Origin: an uncultured Chlorobiaceae bacterium
GTDB lineage: Bacteria > Bacteroidota > Ignavibacteria > UBA10030 > SZUA-254
DNA length: 41,850 bases
NCBI GenBank assembly: GCA_964353675.1
Contig: CAYGXH010000001.1
Coordinates: 1-41,850, forward strand
Direction: 5' to 3'
Part shown: one piece after another, positions 26,209 through 34,780 of the stretch
Position numbering within the stretch: position 1 is the first letter of the stretch
Layout of the letters: the number at the start of each line of letters is the position of its first letter
The notes under the pieces: generated by a model
Database searches by the model: none
Told to the model about the DNA's origin: nothing
What the model saw: only the letters and a program-made list of their open reading frames with translations
Program-made: the position numbers and the translations under genes

Positions 26209-29031
26209 TTATTTCATAAGAACGATCTTTGCTGTGGCACTGAATTCATCCGTAATCATACGGATCAGATATATTCCGCTTCCCACCAGTTCGAGTTCGT
26301 CAGTTAAGCCATTCCATACTAACGAATAAATTCCGGCTTGCCGTTCTTCGTTCAGCAATGTGGACACTTTCTGCCCAAGCAGATTATAAACCGCTACCAG
26401 CACATGCTTGTTTGCAGGAAGGGAAATATCGAACTTCGTCGACGGATTGAACGGATTCGGGTAATTCTGGCTAAGAGAAAATTCCAGCGGTTGTCCGTTT
26501 ACTGTTCGGGATTCAATCTCACCCGTCGGCGGAGGCGGCGGAAGTTCCGTACCAGCCACGATATTGATCACATTCTTCGGATTAGCTGATCCAGACAACT
26601 TCATAATGATTTGTCCCGCCTCGGTCGCCTTCACCCAGTAACCTTTACCAGGCCTGATCGAGTCAGCAGCAACATACGCGCCTTCATAACTGAAGAATTG
26701 ACTCGTCACTAATCCCGGCGGTTCACTTGTGATCGCAGTGACCGCAATGGGTTCACTTATTGAACCTATCATGTTCCATCCCTCAATGACATCGATGGTG
26801 TCTGATTCAAGACTAACACCGGGTATCATGACGGTGTCAGAAGCTGCAAACTTTAGCCAGTAGCCGATACCGGATTTCAGCGTATCCTCTACTATATACT
26901 GATTATCGTAAGCAAAGGCATCCGATGTGGCGAGCGGGAAGAGCGTTGTCTTCCGGGCATCGACTACCATGCAAGGAAGTGATATCATGTTCCAGTTCAG
27001 ATTTACCATAACAGGAAGCGTCGCAGCATCAAGCGGATGAGCAAGATCCGACGCGCACCAACGTGACAATGAATTCAGACCGGTTACAGTCAGCGTATGC
27101 TGTCCGGCATTATTTGCTGCAGGCTGATTGCCCCATGTCAGACCTCCATCCTCCGACTTCCATAACAGCATAGTGGCAGCATCCAATCCGTTGAGTTCGC
27201 TTGCGTCATACCGGTAGATTAAAGTGGCATTCAATCCGGTATTTGTCGTCGGTCTAATATCAAAATACCGTTTTACACTCATCACTCCCTGCACAGCATG
27301 ATCCCGCGTGAGAATTGTACTGCCGAGATCAGCTGCGGAGCCGATCTGCACTCCCAGACCGGCGATGTTTACAGCACTGCTGGGAGAAGTAAGCGTTCGG
27401 GTGGTTGTTATCACTCCGCTTGTACCTGTGACAGTGTTACCTGAAGTTTCACTTAAAAGTCCCGCCGGTCCGAGCGTGATAGTATAGCCATTTAAATCGA
27501 GATCGCCGCTTATGACGGCAAGTGTGCCATCTATTGTAAACGCAGAGACCGAATCAACAAAAACACCCGCCGCATTATTAATTGTAAGATTATTTGCAGA
27601 AGCCGGGAATCCGCTGCCAAGCCGTTGTAGGGTTGTGCCATTGTATTCGAAGTTTGCTGCTGTTGCATAATTCCTGTCTCCGCTCACGCGAACAGCGCCG
27701 GAACTGCCCATACCTGTCGCGCGGATGCCATTTTCAGAAGCAGTTATCAGGGCAGCGCCGTCTTCGATTGTAAAACTACTTGGTATGAGGTTCGCATTGG
27801 TCCCGCCGCCGATATAGCCGTCCGGTCCGGCGATTACAGTCGCGTTATGTTTGATACGCTGCGTAGCGCCCGAACCTATGAACGGACTGTTGCCTATATT
27901 CACGGTCGTTACTGTAACACTGTCGCCAAACTGCATGTTGCACGCTCCTGACCATGCAACCGCAGAGTCGAGGGTTACTGTCTGTGTTCCTGCCTTATTG
28001 AAAACAAACTTACCGTTCGACGTCGCACCTGTATTAGGATCTGTTGAGTTCTGGTTAGTAGTCTTCGGTCCGTAGTATACATCACCCTGAATGTACCATG
28101 TTGCTGTTCCGGCAGCTGATTGCGAGCCCCTTGAAATAGAAACCTGGGACGCGCTATCCCGGACCTCTATATTACCCAAAACAGTCACAATAATATCAGT
28201 ATACGCTTTGCTTGTTCCGTTGGAGGATAAGATCGATTTGTTTAATACTGTGATATCACCATTGACAAATACTCGGGTAACATTACGCTGTGTATCCACA
28301 CCGGCATTCGGACCGCAGAAATATACTCTGCTCAAGCCCGTGCTCAGGACTGTGAGATCACCACGAATATAAGACGTAGTATCGACCGTTCCCGTCGGCG
28401 GATGCATTCCCATGTTGGCGTTTACCACCTGCCCGGGACAGTTCCAGATGATGTTATAGTAACTGCCGGGTCGACCTCCAGCTGAAGTAGCGGAATCTAA
28501 TCCCGTTACCAGAAGTGTGGAACCATCATCCCATACTGCATGAGGCGTTGTTCCGCCATTTTTACCATTTTGTTCCTGGTGGAATATTCCCCCGTTTCCA
28601 ATCACCAGATCGCCCGTACTTGTAGTTGTTATTGCATACCACCCGGACACTGTAGAAACTTTTCCTTTCTGTACCATCGTTCCATACACGTTCATCGTCC
28701 CGTTAGCAATGCACAAGGTAACGGTGGTATCTCCGACTATCCCTACAGCAAGCGTACCGCCTGCCTGAATGACAGAAGCGCCAACATATGTTTTACCTGT
28801 ATCTATCAGCGCGACACTATCACCGCTGAGGATTGTTGTCATATGCAGTGTATCGGGAAGAGCCGGTGCTGGCGACACCCAAACGGCACCGTCAAACTGT
28901 TCCCAAGTATTGGTATCGTACCATGAACCCGATTGATGCGTTCGGAAATCACCGGTACTCTGACTGACAGATCTGCTCGACAGCATCACCATCAGCAATC
29001 CTACAACAAAGAAAATTGCCAGCTTTTTCAT
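26209..29031 (-). CDS. 940-aa secreted protein of unknown function (beta-helix-like Gly/Thr/Asn-rich repeats), T9SS cargo
   Basis: Signal peptide MKKLAIFFVVGLLMVMLSSRSVSQ. N-terminal GDFRTHQSGSWYDTNTWEQFDGAVWV motif. No catalytic motif recognised. The C-terminus carries the GWNM module, a PPPPP linker and the NYPNPFNPST sorting domain. Confidence 0.8.
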   Translation of the reverse strand: MKKLAIFFVVGLLMVMLSSRSVSQSTGDFRTHQSGSWYDTNTWEQFDGAVWVSPAPALPDTLHMTTILSGDSVALIDTGKTYVGASVIQAGGTLAVGIVGDTTVTLCIANGTMNVYGTMVQKGKVSTVSGWYAITTTSTGDLVIGNGGIFHQEQNGKNGGTTPHAVWDDGSTLLVTGLDSATSAGGRPGSYYNIIWNCPGQVVNANMGMHPPTGTVDTTSYIRGDLTVLSTGLSRVYFCGPNAGVDTQRNVTRVFVNGDITVLNKSILSSNGTSKAYTDIIVTVLGNIEVRDSASQVSISRGSQSAAGTATWYIQGDVYYGPKTTNQNSTDPNTGATSNGKFVFNKAGTQTVTLDSAVAWSGACNMQFGDSVTVTTVNIGNSPFIGSGATQRIKHNATVIAGPDGYIGGGTNANLIPSSFTIEDGAALITASENGIRATGMGSSGAVRVSGDRNYATAANFEYNGTTLQRLGSGFPASANNLTINNAAGVFVDSVSAFTIDGTLAVISGDLDLNGYTITLGPAGLLSETSGNTVTGTSGVITTTRTLTSPSSAVNIAGLGVQIGSAADLGSTILTRDHAVQGVMSVKRYFDIRPTTNTGLNATLIYRYDASELNGLDAATMLLWKSEDGGLTWGNQPAANNAGQHTLTVTGLNSLSRWCASDLAHPLDAATLPVMVNLNWNMISLPCMVVDARKTTLFPLATSDAFAYDNQYIVEDTLKSGIGYWLKFAASDTVMIPGVSLESDTIDVIEGWNMIGSISEPIAVTAITSEPPGLVTSQFFSYEGAYVAADSIRPGKGYWVKATEAGQIIMKLSGSANPKNVINIVAGTELPPPPPTGEIESRTVNGQPLEFSLSQNYPNPFNPSTKFDISLPANKHVLVAVYNLLGQKVSTLLNEERQAGIYSLVWNGLTDELELVGSGIYLIRMITDEFSATAKIVLMK
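26212..26466 (-). other. T9SS C-terminal sorting domain (type A)
   Basis: NYPNPFNPSTKFDISLPANKHVLVAVYNLLGQKV...GIYLIRMITDEFSATAKIVLMK. Confidence 0.85.
26437..26994 (-). repeat. GWNM...GYW(L/V)K two-fold module + poly-Pro linker, copy B
   Basis: 186 codons colinear with 21665..22222 (see that entry). Confidence 0.85.
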
Positions 29032-29113
29032 AAAGACTCCTTTCTAAATGATAGTTCGAGTAGAATTCTTCTAAAAAAAACCGATGTCGTTTCTCACGAT
29101 GTGGTTAAACCGT

Positions 29114-30190
29114 TTATGGATTTTTTATAGCTTTATTTACATCCGGCACGTTAGCCGTTTGTGCACGTTTACAGGAACAGGTCTCACGAATCACCACCTG
29201 TGTCGGAAGAATGACATGATGTTCCCGTATCGCTTCATGATCCTGTATGCTTTCCAGTAGAACCTGAACTGCCCGTGCTCCTAATTCCCTTGCCGGTTGT
29301 CGGACCACGCTGATGGCAGGAGAGAGAAAACGCCCGACATCGCTGTCACCAAAGCAGATTATATCAATATCATCCGGAATTTTTATCCCGAGTTCTTTTG
29401 CAGCTTCATAAACACCAAGTGCAACAGGATAGGTGGCTGTAAGGATGAATTCCGGCAGTATCCCTTTATTATAGAGTTGTTTGAAACCTGCGTACCCATC
29501 ATCTTTCCCGTGCCCTCCTGTTACTATCCATTCGCGATTGAGGGGAATTCGGTACTCTTTCAGAGCATCCTGAAAACCCTGTAATCGGTTCTTTCCTATG
29601 TTGATGTTTGTATTTCCACCCAGAAATCCGAGTTTACGATAACCGATTTTAATGGCGTGTTCCACCGCTTCATAGGCACCTTCGTGGTCGTCTGTAAGAA
29701 CAGTACTGAAACCTGCGAGAGGCGGATCGGGAGCACGGTCCATGAATACGAGTGGGATTCCCATTTTTCTGATCCATCGGAAGCGTTCCATGTCCTGTGT
29801 TTCCTGCGAAATAGAAATGATAATTCCATCAACTCTCATGGCAACCAGAGTCTGCAGGTGTTTCAATTCGCGGACAGTGCTTTCCTGTGAGACGGTTAGA
29901 ATTGTCTCATACTGGTTTTCAAATGCCGTATCATAGGCACCTTCGATGACGGCTCCGAAAAATGCATGAGCTATCTTCGGCACAACCAGACCGATCATGT
30001 TTGTTCGCCTCGTTGAAAGGTTCCTCGCCATGATGTTTGGAGAGTATCCAAGCTCGGCTGCGACTTTCCTTACGCGTTTTGTCATTTCAATAGAAATATC
30101 CGGATGCCCCCGCAAGGCTTTTGAGACCGTCACGCGTGATACTTTCAAGGGTCTGGCGATATCATCAAGTGTTATGTGTCTCTTTTTCAC
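29114..30190 (-). CDS. LacI-family transcriptional regulator
   Basis: N-terminal HTH ITLDDIARPLKVSRVTVSKALRGHPDISIEMTKRVRKVAAELGYSPN, followed by a periplasmic-binding-protein-like sugar-binding core. GTG start at 30190. Confidence 0.9.
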   Translation of the reverse strand: MKKRHITLDDIARPLKVSRVTVSKALRGHPDISIEMTKRVRKVAAELGYSPNIMARNLSTRRTNMIGLVVPKIAHAFFGAVIEGAYDTAFENQYETILTVSQESTVRELKHLQTLVAMRVDGIIISISQETQDMERFRWIRKMGIPLVFMDRAPDPPLAGFSTVLTDDHEGAYEAVEHAIKIGYRKLGFLGGNTNINIGKNRLQGFQDALKEYRIPLNREWIVTGGHGKDDGYAGFKQLYNKGILPEFILTATYPVALGVYEAAKELGIKIPDDIDIICFGDSDVGRFLSPAISVVRQPARELGARAVQVLLESIQDHEAIREHHVILPTQVVIRETCSCKRAQTANVPDVNKAIKNP

Positions 30191-30206
30191 TTCCTATCCC
30201 TTTCTT

Positions 30207-30220
30207 TCACTGAACAGTGA
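30207..30220. promoter_or_regulatory. Candidate operator: 6-2-6 inverted repeat TCACTG-AA-CAGTGA upstream of the LacI gene
   Basis: Lies 17-30 nt upstream of the lacI-family GTG, inside the 54-nt gap after GH105. It is short enough to occur by chance. Confidence 0.25.
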
Positions 30221-30244
30221 TCCATACACAACCAAAGGGCCTTT

Positions 30245-31531
30245 TCATTGCCGTACTCGTGACTTCTTCCCCTTTTCGAGTTCAATTGCCGCGAGGAGTA
30301 ATGGCCCTATTCCTTTCATGTCATTCGTACGTTTCGGTTCGCTGAGGTAATAATCATAGCTGCCGTCTCTATAGGGATTACCGCCGAGGCCTGCACTGCG
30401 GCACGTCCCGTAAAGATCTATCAATCCATCTTCTGTAGTGCTTACATGGTATTTCACCACACCCTCGAATGTTTCTTCGGAGATTCTGAAAAATTCCTCA
30501 CCCAGATATCCGCGATTTACTCCTCTTGCAAATGCATATGCAAACATACACGATGCAGAAGTCTCGAGGTAATTACCCGCCCGTTTCCCCTCGTTCACCA
30601 CTTGAAACCACAGATTCGTCTCCGGATCTCGGTACTTTAAAAGAGAGGCGGCAAGATCCTTCAGTAATTTACCGAGGATGTCACGCTGTCGGTGCTCCGG
30701 CGGAAAATCATCCAGCACATCGACCAGAGCCATCATGTACCACCCCATGGCTCTACCCCAGAACGACGGTGATGCACCGGTCACCGGATTCGACCAACTC
30801 TGCTTTTTGCTTTCGTCCCACCCATGATAAAATAATCCGGTTGCACTGTCTTTCGTATGACTTGCAATCCATATAAACTGGTTGGCAATATCATCAAATG
30901 CGGCGGTATCGTGTGTCATGACGGCATATTGAGTATAGAAAGGTTCTGCCATATACAAACCATCGAGCCACATCTGGTAGGGATATATCTTTTTATGCCA
31001 GAATCCGCCTTCATTGGTACGGGGTTGTTCCCTTAATTGTCGGTGAAGCGTATCTGCTGCAGCGAGGTACCTTGTTTGACCTGTTTTCGTATAGACCTCG
31101 AGAAGAGCTCGCCCAGGTCCTATATTGTCGAGATTGTAGTCGGCCAATGGATAAGTCCGTATCCCTCCATTGTCATCGACATACTGATTCAGGTTTTTCC
31201 TGATAAACTCGAAATATTTTTCATCCCCCGAATGAATCCACATACGATGCAGTGCAACGAGCATCAAGCCCTGTTCATAATTCCACTTTTGATTCGGTGA
31301 ACCGGAATCAAACGTCACACTGCCCGGATGCCGCAGGAGGAACGTCTCCGCGATCCGCTGAGACCACGTCGCATCCTTGAGAATTTTAAACTCTGCCTGC
31401 TGCCCGGAGCATCCGGAGAAAAACAGAACTGTGGCGATATATAGATAAACGATTTTCATCTCTTGAGATTGATTACTGCCGCTTCGACCGAACGCTACTG
31501 AGAAGCAGATGAGTGCAGTTACATTGCGCAC
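30245..31531 (-). CDS. Unsaturated rhamnogalacturonyl hydrolase (GH105, YteR/YesR-like)
   Basis: KWNYEQGLMLVAL, GGFWHKKIYPYQMWLDGLYMAEPFY, GLFYHGWDES and FWGRAMGWYMMALVD are hallmark GH105 blocks. The likely true start is ATG 31459, giving lipoprotein signal MKIVYLYIATVLFFSGC. The track start is GTG 31531. Confidence 0.9.
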   Translation of the reverse strand: MRNVTALICFSVAFGRSGSNQSQEMKIVYLYIATVLFFSGCSGQQAEFKILKDATWSQRIAETFLLRHPGSVTFDSGSPNQKWNYEQGLMLVALHRMWIHSGDEKYFEFIRKNLNQYVDDNGGIRTYPLADYNLDNIGPGRALLEVYTKTGQTRYLAAADTLHRQLREQPRTNEGGFWHKKIYPYQMWLDGLYMAEPFYTQYAVMTHDTAAFDDIANQFIWIASHTKDSATGLFYHGWDESKKQSWSNPVTGASPSFWGRAMGWYMMALVDVLDDFPPEHRQRDILGKLLKDLAASLLKYRDPETNLWFQVVNEGKRAGNYLETSASCMFAYAFARGVNRGYLGEEFFRISEETFEGVVKYHVSTTEDGLIDLYGTCRSAGLGGNPYRDGSYDYYLSEPKRTNDMKGIGPLLLAAIELEKGKKSRVRQ

Positions 31532-31587
31532 ACACCTGCTTCAATCCTTACGGCTATAATTATTCTTCGATATCATCCCGCTTCATA

Positions 31588-33180
31588 TTACTTTACGAGC
31601 ATCATGCTTTTTATATCGACGTTGCGATCGGTCTGAATGCTGTAAAAGTACACTCCGGAACAGAGATTTGACGGAGCAAACTGTAAGTGGTGTATACCGG
31701 CATTCATATGCCCTTTTACTAAGGTCGTGATTTCCTGGCCGAGGACATCAAAAATCCTGACGATAACGAATGATTCAACCGGTAATCCGAACCGTATTTC
31801 AGTTGACGGGTTGAACGGATTAGGATAATTCTGGTCCACAAAAAATGTTTGAGGAATTGTCGTTTCGTCTGGTAAATTTACGGAAACGGGAACTAACAAG
31901 CTTCCTCCTTCATATAAAATCGATCCGCTGGGTCCAAGGATAAACGGTATCGTATTATCACATACACCGGCGACTAACCTGAGCATGCCGTTTATAGTTG
32001 TCGTTTGCGTCAGGGTTACGCCTGCTGAGTTGTTGATCATAAGATTGTTTACCGTTGTCGGCATCAGTGTACCGGTTACCTGTGCTGTTGTGCCATTAAA
32101 GATATAATTGGCGTCCGGACTCAGTACATTACCGCCGCCCGCACTGCCTCCAGTACATTGGATACTCCCGTTAATACCGGCAGGATGTCCGGTCGCAAGT
32201 GTTGCGCCGGGCAGTAAAATAAAGCTTCCCGTATTAGAACTGCTTATCTCGGTCGTACCCATATTCAGCCTAACTCCGCTGTCAACCTGTATAGTGAAAG
32301 GACTCGAGCCGGTACCGTAGGTAACATTCGTTAACGTTATAAACTGTACGGTGCCGACGTTTGCGAATATAAATTTTTGTGTTCGTGCAGAGCCGCCAGA
32401 ATTTTGCAGAGTGGCATTGGCTACATCGAAATCACCATAATGTCTCCATAAAACATCGGTACCGCTTCCCCTGCTCACGCTGAAGTTTCCGCCAGTTACG
32501 GAAATATCACCAAGCGTATTTACCTCTATCGATGCACTCGAACCCGAACCGTTTGATGCGAAGGCCCCGCCTGTAACAGAAATATTATTTATCGTTATGG
32601 GGCTGGAATACCCGGCAGGACTCGTCAGATAAACGCGTCCGTTTGGGACGGCATCGCCTGTACTATTGACGGTGAAATTACCGCGGATTGTGTTTCCGCT
32701 CATGGATAGATCAACATTCGCTGTCTGAGTTCTGCACGTCCAAATAAAATTGTAAAAATTCTGGTTGGCATTATTGGGTTTACTACCGGTCACGTAACCG
32801 GTCACATGACATGTCGATCCGTCAGCCCATGTACATACCGGGAGTGAACCGTTATTTTGATCATGCTGATAAATCCCGCCATCTGCAATGGTCAGACTTA
32901 CCGTTCCGCCAAGTTTACCCTGGTTCTTCAGAGTATCTGTGATTGAAACTGCAACATCGATGTAGACTGAGTCCGCACTCTGGATAGTGATGACTTCGGA
33001 TCCGGTTGGTGCACTCGAAGCTGGTACCCAAGTTGATCCGTTAAATGTCTGCCAAGTTGATGTCGCACTCCAAACACCCGTGGTTATCGATTTGAAATCT
33101 CCGTTCGCCTGTGCCATTACCGCAACGGATGAAAACAGTATGACAACAAGAATCGCGCAAAGAAGGTTAAAAGGTTTCAT
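31588..33180 (-). CDS. 530-aa secreted protein of unknown function, paralogous to the N-terminal part of the 940-aa protein; T9SS cargo
   Basis: Signal peptide MKPFNLLCAILVVILFSSVAVMAQA. GDFKSITTGVWSATSTWQTFNGSTWV, GGIYQHDQNNGSLPVCTWADGSTCHVTG and NFYNFIWTC align with the 26209..29031 product. The sorting domain is NYPNPFNPST. Confidence 0.8.
   Translation of the reverse strand: MKPFNLLCAILVVILFSSVAVMAQANGDFKSITTGVWSATSTWQTFNGSTWVPASSAPTGSEVITIQSADSVYIDVAVSITDTLKNQGKLGGTVSLTIADGGIYQHDQNNGSLPVCTWADGSTCHVTGYVTGSKPNNANQNFYNFIWTCRTQTANVDLSMSGNTIRGNFTVNSTGDAVPNGRVYLTSPAGYSSPITINNISVTGGAFASNGSGSSASIEVNTLGDISVTGGNFSVSRGSGTDVLWRHYGDFDVANATLQNSGGSARTQKFIFANVGTVQFITLTNVTYGTGSSPFTIQVDSGVRLNMGTTEISSSNTGSFILLPGATLATGHPAGINGSIQCTGGSAGGGNVLSPDANYIFNGTTAQVTGTLMPTTVNNLMINNSAGVTLTQTTTINGMLRLVAGVCDNTIPFILGPSGSILYEGGSLLVPVSVNLPDETTIPQTFFVDQNYPNPFNPSTEIRFGLPVESFVIVRIFDVLGQEITTLVKGHMNAGIHHLQFAPSNLCSGVYFYSIQTDRNVDIKSMMLVK
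31591..31830 (-). other. T9SS C-terminal sorting domain (type A)
   Basis: NYPNPFNPSTEIRFGLPVESFVIVRIFDVLGQEI...GVYFYSIQTDRNVDIKSMMLVK. Confidence 0.85.
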
Positions 33181-33292
33181 ATTGTATCTCCTTTTATAAA
33201 TTGTTGATTAGTGTCTGATACCGACGAAAATGTTTGAGAATAAAATTTCGCCTTAATTTTAATTATGTCTTTTTTTTCCAATTATATTTTCT

Positions 33293-34780
33293 CTATAAGA
33301 ACTTAGGCAGGAAATAGACCAAATCTGCCACAATGCAATGCCTTCGTTCAGAATTATGGTTAACATTCGTCTGCCATACATCCTGATACTTCATGGAGAA
33401 GTACTCGTACGTCAAATTCAACTGCATATTTGAAAACGATATCCCGCATCCCGCGGAGTATACTGAATAGGTGACCGGTTCACCTGCTATAGGATTTCCT
33501 TCCGGTTCAAATACTTCTGCCTGACCCCGCAAGCCTGAACGCAGAGCAAGCCACGCGAGCGGACGGTACTCTACTCCCAGATGAAGCACAGAAGCTGAGA
33601 GCCAGGGATTTGACCTAATGCCATCCGATGTAGTGTACACTGCTGAAGTGTACGGACGTATTTCATATTCCAGGCCGACTACGAGTTTCTGAATCGGAAA
33701 TATTGTAAGCCCGAACGTCCCGCGCCACGGAAGTTTGATCTTATCCTCTCCTCTGATTGTACTAAGCGAAGGGGTGCCTGAAGTATCGAACTGTATCTCC
33801 GTTGTGTACTTGCGCGTGATTGTCGTTGGTGGTTTTAGCGAAAATCCTACGTTAATATGTGCTCCGCGGTAAATTCCGCTGAATGTGCATTCGTATCCGC
33901 TGTAATCCGAGGTCCCTGATTCGACAATCCGTTGGTAAACAGAATCAAGCCGGAAGTAGTTATAAAAAAATACAAGCTTACCGCGACCGAGGAAATCCTG
34001 GACGTCATCCGTGCGTCCGTCGAGTATCATACCGCTCATGCCCAGAGATATTTTATCTGAGATCGATCCCGATAGAGCCGCCCCGTAACCCCGGACAGAT
34101 CCCTCGCGGCTTCTGAAGTACTTATACCATTGGACCGGTACGGTTGAATCCGGATTATTAGGAGGTAACGGTATAGGGATGGGTCGTTCTGAACCGATAT
34201 GGGGTGCCAATATATTATTATTCTGGTAGTATTGATTCAAATCCGCATATTCTATGGTACCAACACCGAATGTCAATCTTGTTTCGCCAAAAGAAAACGG
34301 TATTGCGAGGAACGCCTGGAGAGGAACACCTCTGTTTTTCGAACGATTCCAATTCGGACCTATATTATCGAAAGGCCTCTGTACAGTATCACCGGGATTC
34401 AAACCGGGATGGAGCGAGTCCGGATCACTTATGTATCCGGTCAATCCTTCCATGAGGAGACTTAAATTGGAGTAGTATTTTAAAGGGGTATAGTGCTGAA
34501 CCTGTTCAGATTTGGAAAATTGTCCTAGCCCTCCGAGCGATATTTGTATTCCATTGAGCGACTGAAGAGACGCAGGATTCGAGAACATTATTCCGGCATC
34601 ATTCACGATAGTTATGGTTGTTCCTCCCATCGCCCTTGATGCAGCGGAGGAAAGTACGTTATGGTCTATACCCTGTATGGTGAGAGGATCGCTTAATCCC
34701 TGTGAGAATACCTGTTGAATAATCAGAAGACAGGCAATCATGTATTTTAAGCGCATGAGTGTATTATAATAGTGCATCAT
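33293..34780 (-). CDS. Putative outer-membrane beta-barrel protein, distantly PorV/FadL-like
   Basis: Signal peptide from ATG 34756 (MRLKYMIACLLIIQQVFSQ). It has a degenerate copy of the PorV-type N-terminal motif (SSAASRAMGGTTITIVNDAGIMFSNPASL) and alternating beta-strand composition rich in Y/G/S. ATGA overlap with the upstream gene. Confidence 0.45.
   Translation of the reverse strand: MMHYYNTLMRLKYMIACLLIIQQVFSQGLSDPLTIQGIDHNVLSSAASRAMGGTTITIVNDAGIMFSNPASLQSLNGIQISLGGLGQFSKSEQVQHYTPLKYYSNLSLLMEGLTGYISDPDSLHPGLNPGDTVQRPFDNIGPNWNRSKNRGVPLQAFLAIPFSFGETRLTFGVGTIEYADLNQYYQNNNILAPHIGSERPIPIPLPPNNPDSTVPVQWYKYFRSREGSVRGYGAALSGSISDKISLGMSGMILDGRTDDVQDFLGRGKLVFFYNYFRLDSVYQRIVESGTSDYSGYECTFSGIYRGAHINVGFSLKPPTTITRKYTTEIQFDTSGTPSLSTIRGEDKIKLPWRGTFGLTIFPIQKLVVGLEYEIRPYTSAVYTTSDGIRSNPWLSASVLHLGVEYRPLAWLALRSGLRGQAEVFEPEGNPIAGEPVTYSVYSAGCGISFSNMQLNLTYEYFSMKYQDVWQTNVNHNSERRHCIVADLVYFLPKFL

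Noticed and set aside
26188-26210. Hairpin plus T-run (ttattttttt) reading as a plus-strand intrinsic terminator
   Set aside because: There is no credible plus-strand gene upstream to terminate. The T-run sits immediately after the stop codon of the minus-strand 940-aa gene, on its antisense strand. The structure is reported as a minus-strand intergenic element instead.
29073-29106. Eight-residue U-tract (on the minus strand) about 30 nt after the LacI-gene stop, considered as an intrinsic terminator
   Set aside because: The preceding sequence (CCACAUCGUGAGAAACGACAUCGG) contains a direct ACAUCG repeat, not an inverted one. I can pair only 3-4 bp, so no stable stem supports a terminator call.
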